Part shown: one piece after another, positions 9,272-19,327 of the stretch
How positions within the stretch are numbered: the first letter of the stretch is position 1
Layout: each line of letters starts with the position of its first letter
DNA from: an uncultured Collinsella sp.
Lineage (GTDB): Bacteria > Actinomycetota > Coriobacteriia > Coriobacteriales > Coriobacteriaceae
DNA: 64,000 bases
Assembly (NCBI GenBank): GCA_900541145.1
Contig: UQIH01000012.1
Coordinates: 6,714 to 70,713 of the forward strand
Reading direction: 5' to 3'
Position numbers and translations under genes: made by a program
Notes under the pieces: generated by a model
Databases searched by the model: none
What the model was told of the DNA's origin: nothing
What the model saw: only the letters and a program-made list of their open reading frames with translations

Positions 9272-9757
9272 CTATTCCTCCCGGTAAGCGTACGCGCAGG
9301 CAGCGTACTCGGGAAACGCATCGCGATCGGCGAACTTGGGATCGACGGCTGGGAACTGGCGATGGGCGACGATATCGCCGAGCGAAACGGAATCGAGGTA
9401 GTCGCGCATCAACGCCTGGGCTCCGGCCCACAGGGGATGATAGCAGCACACACCCATGCGCGCACAGTCACCATCGGGGGCGGTACAGTCGTTCATAACC
9501 ATAGGACCCTGAACGGCCTCGACGACCTGGCGGATAGTGACGTCGTCCGGACTGACCTTGAGACGCATGCCACCGTGGACGCCACGCAGGCTCTCCACAA
9601 TACCGGCCTGGACCAAACCGTGCTGAATCGAGCGGGCAAACGAATACGGAACATTGACCTCTTCGGCAGCGGTGCGAACAGAAAGCAAGCACTCCGGATC
9701 CTCGGCAAGCATCGCCAGCATACGAAGGGCGTAATCAGTCTTCCTCGATATGTCCAT
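9272..9757 (-). CDS. Rrf2 family transcriptional regulator
   Basis: MDISRKTDYALRMLAMLA... is an Rrf2 winged-helix N-terminus, and the C-terminal part is Cys-rich (CTAPDGDCARMGVCC). ATG 9757 is preceded by GAAAGGGGAAAA. The track start at 9865 adds 36 implausible residues. Confidence 0.85.
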   Translation of the reverse strand: MDISRKTDYALRMLAMLAEDPECLLSVRTAAEEVNVPYSFARSIQHGLVQAGIVESLRGVHGGMRLKVSPDDVTIRQVVEAVQGPMVMNDCTAPDGDCARMGVCCYHPLWAGAQALMRDYLDSVSLGDIVAHRQFPAVDPKFADRDAFPEYAACAYAYREE

Positions 9758-10081
9758 TTTTCCCCTTTCAAGGAATACGAACAGCTCGAACGAGCTCCGG
9801 GGCCGAGCTTGTGTCGAGACGCTAAATGACCGCCAGGACATCCAAATGGTAAATCGGATATCCACTGAGTGCCGCGCTTGGAGCGAAATGCATCAGATGC
9901 GGCGCACAGTGCAATTTAGTATAACCTAACCCCCTGTCTCGTAGAACAGGTGTTGCGCAACAAAGCTGTTGTTCAGACAGATATACTCATTAGATTTTAC
10001 TTGCGTTCCCGAAGGCGCGGGGGTTCTGGGCGAAGATGCACCAGGGCGATCGTTCTATCAAAACAAAGTGCATCAAACGCA

Positions 10082-10108
10082 AAAAGCCACGTCCGAAGAC
10101 GTGGCTTT
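10082..10108 (-). terminator. rho-independent terminator after tRNA-Asp
   Basis: The minus strand reads AAAGCCACGTC-TTCG-GACGTGGCTTTTT. Confidence 0.65.
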
Positions 10109-10116
10109 AATTGCGT

Positions 10117-10194
<78 letters not shown>

Positions 10195-10302
10195 AGGCAG
10201 TCGTTCGCGTTTGTTTCCGCTCGCGTGCGCTGCGGGGATTAGTATACACAGAAGTCTGTCCGGCGCGCAACAACTTTTTTGAAAAAATTTTTCGGTCCCT
10301 CC

Positions 10303-10447
10303 GGGAGGGCCTCCGGGGCCGGCGGGCGCGGGTTAAGTTTGCTGCTCTACAGTCCTGCGCAAGACGGAAAGCACATTAAGTGCTTTCCTTTGCGTGCGGA
10401 ACTCGCGACAAACTTAACCCGCGCCCGCCGGCCCCGGAGGCCCTCCC
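10303..10447. repeat. ~145-nt GC-rich extended hairpin
   Basis: GGGAGGGCCTCCGGGGCCGGCGGGCGCGGGTTAAGTTTG (10303-10341) is perfectly complementary to 10409-10447. There is also an inner hairpin GGAAAGCAC-ATTAA-GTGCTTTCC. Confidence 0.6.
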
Positions 10448-10603
10448 TGCCGTCACATTGTTCGAGCCGTTGTTGTTGCTCGCCGCTTCGCGGCTCGGCG
10501 GCCCCGTTCTCCGCGGCGGGGTTGTCTAAGGTTTTTGTTGAAGCCCGGCCATTGGCTCAAATGGAAACGGGGAACGCATCTGCATCCCCCGTTTTTGTTG
10601 CGG

Positions 10604-11071
10604 TTAGTCTAGGTCAATAAACTTGGTGCTTATGACATGGCCGTCTTTTACTAGCATTCTGGCCATGGTGGGGCCTCGGGTGCCTCTGGGGTAGCTGGCG
10701 CTGCCCGGGTTGAGGACTAAGCAACGGCCCACTTGGGCTTCTTTGGTTACGTGGGTGTGGCCGTTGATGGCTACGTCTACGGATCCCACCGGAAGGTCTT
10801 CGCGGTAGTGGGCTACGGCGAATTTAAGGCCTTCGTAGGTAAAGAGCGCAAGACGGTCTACATCGGGGCCGTAGTCGCGGTAGTAATCGTTGTTGCCCAG
10901 TACGGCCCGAACGGGGGCGATGGTGCATAGGTGCTCGTAGTCCATCTCTGACGTGAGGTCGCCGGCGTGGATAATCAGGTCTGCGCCCTCAAGCTCATCC
11001 AGGAGCGCAGGCGAAAGACAGCCGTGGGTGTCCGAGATGATGTCGATGCGCTTGGCGCTTGCACTGTTCAT
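10604..11071 (-). CDS. metallophosphoesterase, YfcE/MJ0936 family
   Basis: Contains the motifs ISDTHG, HAGD, GNND, NGHTH and NPGS. GGAAGGGA lies upstream of the ATG. Confidence 0.85.
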   Translation of the reverse strand: MNSASAKRIDIISDTHGCLSPALLDELEGADLIIHAGDLTSEMDYEHLCTIAPVRAVLGNNDYYRDYGPDVDRLALFTYEGLKFAVAHYREDLPVGSVDVAINGHTHVTKEAQVGRCLVLNPGSASYPRGTRGPTMARMLVKDGHVISTKFIDLD

Positions 11072-11167
11072 GGGATCCCTTCCGCAAAAAACGATTCGGC
11101 AGATACATACAAAAAAGGCCCCACGGCTCCGCAGACGATGGGTCTACAGGGCTGCGGGGCCAGTGTG

Positions 11168-11905
11168 CTAGAGACTCAGAGCCTTCTTGAGCGGCACGAC
11201 GCGGCGACGCGAAACCGGAACGCGTTCGTCGACGCCCGTAATGCCCAGCTGGATGGCACCCGAGGGCACCGTCTCCACATCCGTGACGCACGCCAAGTTG
11301 ACGATATAGCGGCGGTGAACACGGAAGAAGCCAAAGTCGCAGAGCTTGGCCTCAAACTGCGCCAGCGAGGTCGTCGACAAAAAGCGATCATCGACGGTAT
11401 AGATGCAGGAGTAATCGTCCTTGGCCATGATAAAGCGAATATCGTCCACGGGAATGAGCACCTTGCGGCCGCCCTTTTCCACCGGGATACGCTCGATGGT
11501 CACCTTGCTGTCCGTAACCGGCTTGGCGCGTTGCATGACCTTCTCGATCGCGCGATCCAAGCGAGCTTCCTCGACCGGCTTCATCAGATAATCGACGGCA
11601 TCCACGTCGAATGCCTCGACCGCATGGTCGCTATACGCAGTCACAAACACGATCGCCGGCGGATTTTTGAGCTTATGCAGCGCCTCGGCAAGTTGCAGGC
11701 CCGAGGCACCGGGCATCGAGATATCGAGAAACACGACATCCACGCGACTTTCCATAAGCATCTCGATGGCGGAGCGGACGCTCGACGCCTTCGTGATCGT
11801 GCCGATCTTGCCCGTTTGCTCGAGCAGGAAGCGAAGCTCCGAGCGAGCCGGCGCCTCATCATCCACAATCATCGCACGCAGCATAGGGATAAAACCTTTC
11901 GTCAA
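11168..11905 (-). CDS. LytR/AlgR (LytTR) family response regulator
   Basis: Receiver domain (IVDDE...DVVFLDISMPG) and a C-terminal LytTR domain (FFRVHRRYIVNL). The start may instead be the ATG at 11884 (MLRAMIVDDE). Confidence 0.9.
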   Translation of the reverse strand: MTKGFIPMLRAMIVDDEAPARSELRFLLEQTGKIGTITKASSVRSAIEMLMESRVDVVFLDISMPGASGLQLAEALHKLKNPPAIVFVTAYSDHAVEAFDVDAVDYLMKPVEEARLDRAIEKVMQRAKPVTDSKVTIERIPVEKGGRKVLIPVDDIRFIMAKDDYSCIYTVDDRFLSTTSLAQFEAKLCDFGFFRVHRRYIVNLACVTDVETVPSGAIQLGITGVDERVPVSRRRVVPLKKALSL

Positions 11906-11956
11906 CTAACTACGCCGGGCATCCGTCGCATGACGTTGAGCCCGTAGCCTTTTATT

Positions 11957-13300
11957 TTACTCTTGAATGTCAAAGATGCTCTCTGACAAATCAAGATGAA
12001 GGAGCACTTTGGTGCCCTTGCCCGGCGCCGATTCGACACGCGTATAGGAGTGCGGCCCATAAAAGCGATGGATGCGCTCCGAAATATTGTGCATGGCCAC
12101 ACCGGCGCCGCCACCCTGGGGAGAGCTGGCGTCGGGACGGGCAGAGCGCTCGTCAAACAGTCTGGCGGCGGTACCCTCATCCATGCCCACGCCATTATCG
12201 GCCACGGCAATCAAGATTGCATCCTCGCCGTCTTGGTGAACGGTCACGTCGATCCTCAGGGCGTCGTCATCGCCCATACCATGACGTACGGCGTTCTCGA
12301 CAATCGGCTGGATCACGAACGCCGGCACCAGCGTATCTTCCACGTCCTCGGACACATCGAACGTCGCAAGCACGCGGTCCTCGCCAAAGCGGGCCTTCTC
12401 AAAGGTAAGGTAGCGCTTGGTCTGTGCAACCTCACGCGAGACCGGAATAAGCGATCCCGAGTTGTCGAGCGTGGCACGATAGAACGATGAGAACTCACGA
12501 AGCAGTTCGCGGGCCCGCAGCGGGTCGGTGCGCGTAAACGATGCAATGGTGTTCAGCGTGTTGAACAGGAAGTGCGGGTTAATCTGCGCTTGCAGCGCAC
12601 GCACCTCGGCGCGCGCCGTGAGTTCCTTTTGCACCTCGAGCTCGTGGATGGCGAGCTGCGTGGACAAGATCTCGGCAAAGCCCGAGGCAAGCGCATACTG
12701 GGTACGGTCGACGGCGCGCGGGGTCTTGTAGTAGAACTTGAGCGTGCCGACGGTACGATCACCCACCTTGATGGGGGCGATAATGCCGGCGGGAACTTGG
12801 TTGTGCGAGCCGTCCGAGCCCACGACATCCACCATACGGTTGAACGACTGCACGATGCCATGTTCGATAACGTAGCGTGTGGCAAGCGTGTGGATGGGAG
12901 AATCTGGCAGTAGTTTTTCCTCAAACTCTCCCGCGCAGGCAAGCACGTTGCCCTCGTCGGTGATGGCCACCGTCATGGCGCGCGTCTCGGGCAAAATGCG
13001 CCGGCACACCAAACGCGCCGACTCCTGCGTCAGACCGCCCTTAATGTCCTCGAGCATGGCCGAGGCCACCGAGAGCGTCTCCTCGGTGTACTGGGAGCGC
13101 ACCGAATCGGGATTGAGCGTCAAAAAGATAAAGATGCACAGAAAGATGCACAGCAGCGCGCAGGCAATCACCGTGGCGATCGGCTCGATACCGGTCACCA
13201 AGGCAAAAATAAAGTACACCAGCACGCAAATGGCGCAGGCAACGGCAATGATGCGAAAGATTGATATTGAACTATCGCGCTGGGCGCGGCGGTCGATCAT
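11957..13300 (-). CDS. LytS/YehU-type sensor histidine kinase (TM, GAF-like and His_kinase domains)
   Basis: Contains INPHFLFNTLNTIASF (LytS-type H-box) and a HATPase_c domain (VENAVRHG...DNGVGM). The start ATGA overlaps the stop of the upstream glycosyltransferase gene. Confidence 0.9.
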   Translation of the reverse strand: MIDRRAQRDSSISIFRIIAVACAICVLVYFIFALVTGIEPIATVIACALLCIFLCIFIFLTLNPDSVRSQYTEETLSVASAMLEDIKGGLTQESARLVCRRILPETRAMTVAITDEGNVLACAGEFEEKLLPDSPIHTLATRYVIEHGIVQSFNRMVDVVGSDGSHNQVPAGIIAPIKVGDRTVGTLKFYYKTPRAVDRTQYALASGFAEILSTQLAIHELEVQKELTARAEVRALQAQINPHFLFNTLNTIASFTRTDPLRARELLREFSSFYRATLDNSGSLIPVSREVAQTKRYLTFEKARFGEDRVLATFDVSEDVEDTLVPAFVIQPIVENAVRHGMGDDDALRIDVTVHQDGEDAILIAVADNGVGMDEGTAARLFDERSARPDASSPQGGGAGVAMHNISERIHRFYGPHSYTRVESAPGKGTKVLLHLDLSESIFDIQE

Positions 13301-14484
13301 TCGGCCCCCTCCAGGATACTGATCAGTTGTGCGTCACGCCAAAGCCCGTCCATGATCTTGGGCCAAAAGCTCTGGAAACGCAGATAGCTTGCAGCGTTTT
13401 GGCGCGCATAGGCCTTTGCCTCGCCGATACCATGGCGCCAGATGCGCAGGTAGCCCTCATGCTCGCGGGTAAACACGCTGCGGACCATAGCGGTCTTGCG
13501 CACGCGGTCGTCGAGCTCGCGCGAAATCCACGGGCCCGGGTAGGGCATGAGCGATGCCGCCGTAACGGGAATGAGCTCCTTTTGATGCGCGGCGAATGTC
13601 AACTTGGCCCGTTCGTAGTACCAACGGTATACATCCTGCATAAAGCGCGGTGAGCGTTTTTCGGACTCCGGAGGCAGATGGCGCACGGTCCACTCGTTAT
13701 CGAACCACACGTCGTAGCCAAACATGCGCATGTTAAAGAGGTAGTCCAAGTCCTCGCCGCGGGTGATAAACGGGTCAAAGGCTACACGCGTAAAGGCGCG
13801 GGCGTGCAGGGCCATCAGACCGCCGCACACGTAGTTGGAGCGCGAGATGCGGGTGCCCGAGAGCGCCTTTTTCATCCAACGGTTGAACTCGATGCGCTTG
13901 GTCCACCAACGATGGCAGATGCCCGCCTTGTCCGTGGGAGCCAGCGGCGAGCCGTCGCGATCGTAGAAATAGCCGCTCTTGACCAAGATCGGCAAGCCCT
14001 GACGCGTCTGCTGCCCCAACGCATAGGTCGCGCGCTTCATAAAGTCGGCGTCGATGACAGTCTCATCGTCATCCAAAAAGATAACCGCGTCATGCCCCAG
14101 CACAGCGGCACAGGCTAGCCCCATGTTGCGGATGGCACCGTAGCCTCGCAGGCTCACGCATTCGCCCGAACCCTTGGGCGCGATCTGAGCAACCCGGTCT
14201 GCGATGCGCGAGGCCTGGGTGTTGGTGACAACGGTGACCTTGAGCGTGGGATGCGCGTCGACAATCTCGCGCACGCGCAGCGACACATCGGCTGTGGCAG
14301 AAACGGGACAGACCACCAAAAGGATGATGCGCGGGATGTCACGTACCTGCTCAAGCGAGGCCAGGCAGCGGTCGAGTTCGGGATTGTCGGCGTTGAGTCG
14401 CGTCGAATGATCATAGGTGCCAGGGGCGTTTGCGCAAGCGTCATCGCCCGCCCAATACGTTGGAATCACGACCGTGGCGTTCAT
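13297..14484 (-). CDS. GT-A fold glycosyltransferase (family 2-like)
   Basis: N-terminal VVIPTY and a DxD-type FLDDDE motif. GGGAGGG lies upstream of the ATG. The stop overlaps the kinase start (ATGA). Confidence 0.65.
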   Translation of the reverse strand: MNATVVIPTYWAGDDACANAPGTYDHSTRLNADNPELDRCLASLEQVRDIPRIILLVVCPVSATADVSLRVREIVDAHPTLKVTVVTNTQASRIADRVAQIAPKGSGECVSLRGYGAIRNMGLACAAVLGHDAVIFLDDDETVIDADFMKRATYALGQQTRQGLPILVKSGYFYDRDGSPLAPTDKAGICHRWWTKRIEFNRWMKKALSGTRISRSNYVCGGLMALHARAFTRVAFDPFITRGEDLDYLFNMRMFGYDVWFDNEWTVRHLPPESEKRSPRFMQDVYRWYYERAKLTFAAHQKELIPVTAASLMPYPGPWISRELDDRVRKTAMVRSVFTREHEGYLRIWRHGIGEAKAYARQNAASYLRFQSFWPKIMDGLWRDAQLISILEGAE

Positions 14485-14502
14485 GCCTTACCCTCCCTGC
14501 AA

Positions 14503-14540
14503 CACAAAAACGGGACGCCGCCAAACACAGGCGACGCCCC
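14503..14540 (-). terminator. rho-independent terminator after the MFS gene
   Basis: The minus strand reads GGGGCGTCGCC-TGTGTTT-GGCGGCGTCCC (two G-U pairs) followed by GTTTTTGTG. Confidence 0.6.
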
Positions 14541-14655
14541 GCGACCTAGCTGATTCCATCATACCCACTTGGGCAAATCATTGCTCGCAAGTCGCAATGT
14601 TTATTGCGGATAACCCCAAAAGAGTACCGTGGACAGGCACAATAGCCGCTCGCTC

Positions 14656-15915
14656 CTATGCGGCATGCTCTGCCGCCCGAGTCATGCGGGACAGGCGGAC
14701 CAGCAGCATAAAGCCAACGACCAGCAGCACGCCAATGGAAAGGACGCCCAGCGACGGGTTGCCGGTCAGCGAGGTAACGACCGACACTAGGAAGGTACCC
14801 ATGACGCTTGCATAACGACCAAAGATGTCAAAGAAGCCGTAGTACTCGTTGGACTTTTCCTTGGGGATAATGCGACCAAAGTAGCTACGGCTGAGCGCCT
14901 GCACGCCGCCCTGGAACAGGCCGACCATAATGGCAAGCACCCAGAACTCAAAGGCGGTCTTTAGGAAGAACGCGGCGAACAGCACAATGCCCATGTAGGC
15001 GGCGACTGCCACCAGGATCATGTTGAGCGTGCCCACGCGTCCGGCGAGCTTGCCGTAGATGATGGCGGACGGAAAGGCCACGAACTGCGTAACGAGCAGC
15101 GCCAGCACCAGCTGCGTCGAATCGATGCCCAAAGCCGAGCCGTAGCTGGTAGCCATGGAAATGACCGTGTGCACACCGTCGATATAGAAGAAGAACGCAA
15201 TCATGTAGACCAGCACGGTCTTGTTGTGGGCGATCTCGCGCATGGTGTGTCCGACCTCGGAGAACACACCGCCCACGATGTGGCCGATAGTGTCCTCGGG
15301 ACCGCGCTCGCGACCGTACTTTTGCTTATAGGTGCGAATGAGCGGCAGGGTAAAGATGAGCCACCAGGCACCAGTGATGATAAACGACAGACGCGTTGCC
15401 AGCATGGTAGGGACGCCAAGAGCGGGGCCATCCATGATGAGCGCCAGGCAGATGACGAACGGCACAGTGGAACCGATGTAGCCCCAGGCATAGCCCGAGC
15501 TGGACACGGCGTCCATGCGCTCGTCGGTGGTAATGTCGGGCAGCATGGCGTCGTAGAACGTCATAGAAGAGTTAAGGCCGATGGTGCACAGCACGTACAC
15601 GGTCAAAAATGCCATGGCGGACATTGGGATAGCCTGCGCCAAGCAAAGCACCAGGCCCGTGAGGAAGAAGCCCAAGAAGAACTTGATCTTGTTGCCGGCG
15701 TAGTCGGCAAGCGCGCCCAGAATGGGCATGAGCATGGCGATGACCAGCGAGGCGATCGTCTGCGCATTGCCCCAGGCGACCACCAGGTCGGCCGAAGAAG
15801 CGCCGGTATTGATGGCGTTAAAGTAAATGGGCACCACCGAGGTATTGAGCAGCACGAGGGCCGAATTGCCCACATCATACATAACCCAGTTACGCTCGAG
15901 CTTGGTGTATTTCAT
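14656..15915 (-). CDS. MFS transporter (UMF1/Atg22-like)
   Basis: About 12 TM segments with N-terminus MKYTKLERNWVMYDVGNSA typical of the UMF1 subfamily. GAAGGG lies upstream of the ATG. Confidence 0.8.
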   Translation of the reverse strand: MKYTKLERNWVMYDVGNSALVLLNTSVVPIYFNAINTGASSADLVVAWGNAQTIASLVIAMLMPILGALADYAGNKIKFFLGFFLTGLVLCLAQAIPMSAMAFLTVYVLCTIGLNSSMTFYDAMLPDITTDERMDAVSSSGYAWGYIGSTVPFVICLALIMDGPALGVPTMLATRLSFIITGAWWLIFTLPLIRTYKQKYGRERGPEDTIGHIVGGVFSEVGHTMREIAHNKTVLVYMIAFFFYIDGVHTVISMATSYGSALGIDSTQLVLALLVTQFVAFPSAIIYGKLAGRVGTLNMILVAVAAYMGIVLFAAFFLKTAFEFWVLAIMVGLFQGGVQALSRSYFGRIIPKEKSNEYYGFFDIFGRYASVMGTFLVSVVTSLTGNPSLGVLSIGVLLVVGFMLLVRLSRMTRAAEHAA

Positions 15916-16016
15916 GGACAGGGACCCTTCGTATTCGCCCGATATGCAGTTAGTTCATCGTACCCCAATTGTCCAGAACCGCCGGTAAGGATTCGGCAAA
16001 GGGGCACGCACGAGCC

Positions 16017-16961
16017 CTATTCCTCGCGGTCAAACTCCTCATCGGCTTCGAGCACGCGACCGCTGTAGTTGACGTGACTGGTCACGGCATCCATGTCACC
16101 GGTCTCGATAAAACGTGCGACCGTGCACTCGTAATCGACCAGCGCGCGATCAAAGACCTCGGGGAAACTCTCGTTCGAGACCTCGTCGGTAAAGGGATTC
16201 TTCCATGTCAGATGGCCCAGGTTACCGGTGCGCTCGGGCAGCTCCGTCGTCACGCGATGGGCAAGGCCGTCGAGCAGCGAGTAGTCGTGCACCAAGCCCT
16301 CAACCAGCGAGATCGCGCGCGTCTTTGCGGAGTCGGCCGGCTCAATCGCGCGGTAAAGTCGCTGCATATTGGCAACGGCGGCACCGTACTCCCCCGCCGG
16401 AATGTCAATGCCGTACACGCGTCCGGCAACATAGCTCATCAGCACGCCGGCAGCGCGATTGATACGGTCGGTGGTAACGATCTCGCCCGCCGGCGGGTAA
16501 TCGTCGACCGTAGCGCCATCGCGTTTAAGCTGCAGCATCAGTACATCCAGGTCGCTCTCGATCACGGCATGGACCTGACTGCTCGAATCCTCAAGCTCTG
16601 AGTCGGATTCCACGATGCCAAACTGCTGCTCATAGACAAAGGGGTGGGCGTTGCGGTCGAGCACGTAATGAGACAGCAGGCCCAGCGCAAAAGCGCGACC
16701 CAAGCTGGCGTCGCGCGGCAGCAGATGCGACACGCCGTCGCGCAGGCACGCGAACTGGCGAGACATGCGCGACCGATGCATGACCTGCGCTAGCAGCGTG
16801 CAGTCGGAAACACGCGGTGTCAGAATGTGAAAGAAAAACGGGTCGGGGCCTTGGTTGCCCAAGATAAAGGCAATGCGCTCTTCATCGGACGTGATGACGC
16901 CCTGCGGAAGACGGTCGATGCTTTCCTCGCCAAACAGATGATGGGTGATAAGCGCGGGCAT
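16017..16961 (-). CDS. zinc-dependent phospholipase C-like family protein
   Basis: MPALITHHLFGEE... N-terminal His motif with several conserved His/Asp blocks. The assignment is from memory of the family signature. ATG 16961 is preceded by GAAAGGA. Confidence 0.55.
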   Translation of the reverse strand: MPALITHHLFGEESIDRLPQGVITSDEERIAFILGNQGPDPFFFHILTPRVSDCTLLAQVMHRSRMSRQFACLRDGVSHLLPRDASLGRAFALGLLSHYVLDRNAHPFVYEQQFGIVESDSELEDSSSQVHAVIESDLDVLMLQLKRDGATVDDYPPAGEIVTTDRINRAAGVLMSYVAGRVYGIDIPAGEYGAAVANMQRLYRAIEPADSAKTRAISLVEGLVHDYSLLDGLAHRVTTELPERTGNLGHLTWKNPFTDEVSNESFPEVFDRALVDYECTVARFIETGDMDAVTSHVNYSGRVLEADEEFDREE

Positions 16962-17053
16962 AATGATCCTTTCGATTTCATTCGATGCCACCCATTATGC
17001 CCACCGCGCACCCATGCCAAACCTGCGATGGTAAACGACGGCATGCAGACCGT

Positions 17054-17788
17054 CTACGCAAGCCCCAGGTGCGACTTGACCTCGGCGGCACGACGACGGG
17101 ACACCGGTACCGTCGAGTTCACGCGGTCGAGCCTGAGCTCCATCAGCCCCGTGGAGCCAATCTCAACATTGTGCACGTCTTCCAAATTGACCAGGTAGCT
17201 GCGATGAACGCGAATAAAGCCCTCGGAGTCCAAGCGACGCTCGAGCGAAGAGATCGACTCATTGATCAGGTACGTTCCCTCGGCGCAGATGGCGTTGCAA
17301 AAATCGGCGCGCGCCTCAAAGTAGCAGACGTCTGCGGCGGGAATGAACACCTTTTTGCCCCCGCGGTCCACCGTCAAACGCAAAGGCTGGCGCGGAGCAT
17401 GGATAACACGACGGGCACCCAAGGCTGCCTCGATCTTGTCGAGTGCCTTTGACAGGCGTGCGTCCTCGACCGGCTTGACGACATAGTCGACCGCATCGAG
17501 GTTATACGCATCGGCGGCAAATTCGGCAAACGCCGTCACAAACACAACCACCGGCGGCGTCTTTAGGTTCTGCAGCGTCTCGGCAAGCTCAATTCCCGAG
17601 CGACCGGGCATGGTAATGTCTAAAAACAACACGTCGGGCTTGTTCGACAGAATCGACTCCACGGCTTCGGTGACATTGCCCGCCTCGGCAATCTGGCCCA
17701 CACGCGTATCCTTTTCCAACAGATAGCGTAACTCAGCCCTAATGGGAGGCTCGTCATCAACTACCAGGATGTTCCAACCCTCGGACAT
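17054..17788 (-). CDS. LytR/AlgR (LytTR) family response regulator (paralog 2)
   Basis: Receiver domain (ILVVDDEPP...DVLFLDITMPG) and LytTR domain (FIRVHRSYLVNL). GAGGAAG lies upstream. Confidence 0.9.
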   Translation of the reverse strand: MSEGWNILVVDDEPPIRAELRYLLEKDTRVGQIAEAGNVTEAVESILSNKPDVLFLDITMPGRSGIELAETLQNLKTPPVVVFVTAFAEFAADAYNLDAVDYVVKPVEDARLSKALDKIEAALGARRVIHAPRQPLRLTVDRGGKKVFIPAADVCYFEARADFCNAICAEGTYLINESISSLERRLDSEGFIRVHRSYLVNLEDVHNVEIGSTGLMELRLDRVNSTVPVSRRRAAEVKSHLGLA

Positions 17789-17823
17789 GTGCGCTTCCTC
17801 TCTCTCCTCAATACACTCGAGTG

Positions 17824-19278
17824 CTACGCCGTCAACGGCGCCGGCTCATGCGGCTCGCCGTTCAGCTCGACGATGACCTGCGTGCCAACGCCCTCCTGGG
17901 ACTTCACGCGCATGCCAGAATCTTCTCCGTAAAAGAAATGGATGCGCTGAAGCACGTTGAAGAGCGCCAAGCCGCAGCCTCGTTTGATGGAGCCGTCGGC
18001 GGTAATGCTCTCGGGCTCCTCCAAGCGATGCTGCTCAAACAGATGCGCGCAGACCTCTTCGCTCATACCGATGCCATCGTCCTCGACGATGATCTCCAAA
18101 CCGTCATCGGTCTCGAAAGCCCTAACACGAATAGAAAGCGGCTCGGTCTCGCGCTGCGCGTGCTTGATGCAGTTTTCGAGCAACGGCTGCAAGATAAACG
18201 GCGGCACCATGCAATCGCGCACCTCAAAGTCGATATCGACCGAGACGCGCAGACGGCCGTCGCCATAACGAGCCTGCATAAGATTGATATAGCGAGTGCC
18301 CTGTTCCACCTCGTGCTCGAGCGTGGTGAGCGTATCGGAATCAGAAAGCGTCTGACGATAGTAGTTGGAGAAGTCGATCAGCAGCGACCTGGCCTTGTCC
18401 GGCTCGGTACGTACGAGTGACACGATGGTGCTGATGGTGTTAAACAGAAAATGAGGATCGACCTGCGATTGCAAGGCGCGCAGCTCCACGCGGGCCGTAA
18501 GCTCGTCCTGGCGCTCAAGCTCAAAGCTCGCAAGCTGCGTGGAAATGAGGTCGGCAAAGCCCGAGGCAAGCGCCGTCTGGCGCATATCGATGCTGCTCAG
18601 ACGGGGATAATACAGCTCGAGCGTTCCCACGCAATGCCCGCGCACGGTAAGCGGTGCGACAATACCGGCGCGCAGGCGCGGAAAGTAGCCACCTGTCTCG
18701 GTCGAGGCATCGCGCGAGAACACGCTTTGCTCACCGCTGTTGATCACGTTGAGCGTAGTCCGCAGCACCACCGGGGTGCCCGCGGGGCATTTTGCCGAGT
18801 CCTCGCCCCAGCTTGCCAACACCTGCTTGCCGTCGGTAAAGCAGATGGCAGAGGCGATAGTTTCGGACAGGATGATCTTAGAGGCGCCCAGGGCAGCTTC
18901 GGGCGTAAGGCCGCGCGACGTGTAGGCGAATATTTTTGAAGCGATGGCGAGCGTGCGGTCGGTTGCGCTCGATGTGAGGTCGTCGGGAACGACAAAGACG
19001 TACGAGAAGAAGAAGCACAGCATGACCAAGCCGGCAATGACGACAACGGCCGGAACGGGATTGGGATTATCGGTTAGATCCCAGATGAGCAGCAGGATAA
19101 GCAGCGGAACGACAATACCGAGCAAGATGGCTTGAACCACATGCTGAGCGGTACGAAAGACCTTGGTAGAGTTGTAGCTCTTGCCCAGAATCAGCCTATT
19201 GAGATCCACCGTCATCTCCTTCTTATTGACGCACCCCATAGCAATAAAGAGGGCCGCAAGCGACCCTCTCCATTGCAT
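17824..19278 (-). CDS. LytS/YehU-type sensor histidine kinase (paralog 2)
   Basis: Contains VDPHFLFNTISTIVSL (H-box) and HATPase_c (LENCIKHA...DDGIGM). The start is uncertain, with candidate ATGs at 19278, 19239 and 19215. Confidence 0.85.
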   Translation of the reverse strand: MQWRGSLAALFIAMGCVNKKEMTVDLNRLILGKSYNSTKVFRTAQHVVQAILLGIVVPLLILLLIWDLTDNPNPVPAVVVIAGLVMLCFFFSYVFVVPDDLTSSATDRTLAIASKIFAYTSRGLTPEAALGASKIILSETIASAICFTDGKQVLASWGEDSAKCPAGTPVVLRTTLNVINSGEQSVFSRDASTETGGYFPRLRAGIVAPLTVRGHCVGTLELYYPRLSSIDMRQTALASGFADLISTQLASFELERQDELTARVELRALQSQVDPHFLFNTISTIVSLVRTEPDKARSLLIDFSNYYRQTLSDSDTLTTLEHEVEQGTRYINLMQARYGDGRLRVSVDIDFEVRDCMVPPFILQPLLENCIKHAQRETEPLSIRVRAFETDDGLEIIVEDDGIGMSEEVCAHLFEQHRLEEPESITADGSIKRGCGLALFNVLQRIHFFYGEDSGMRVKSQEGVGTQVIVELNGEPHEPAPLTA

Positions 19279-19327
19279 TATGCAATCAAATACTGTGTTT
19301 TACATCAAGCCATCGATGAACGGTAGC

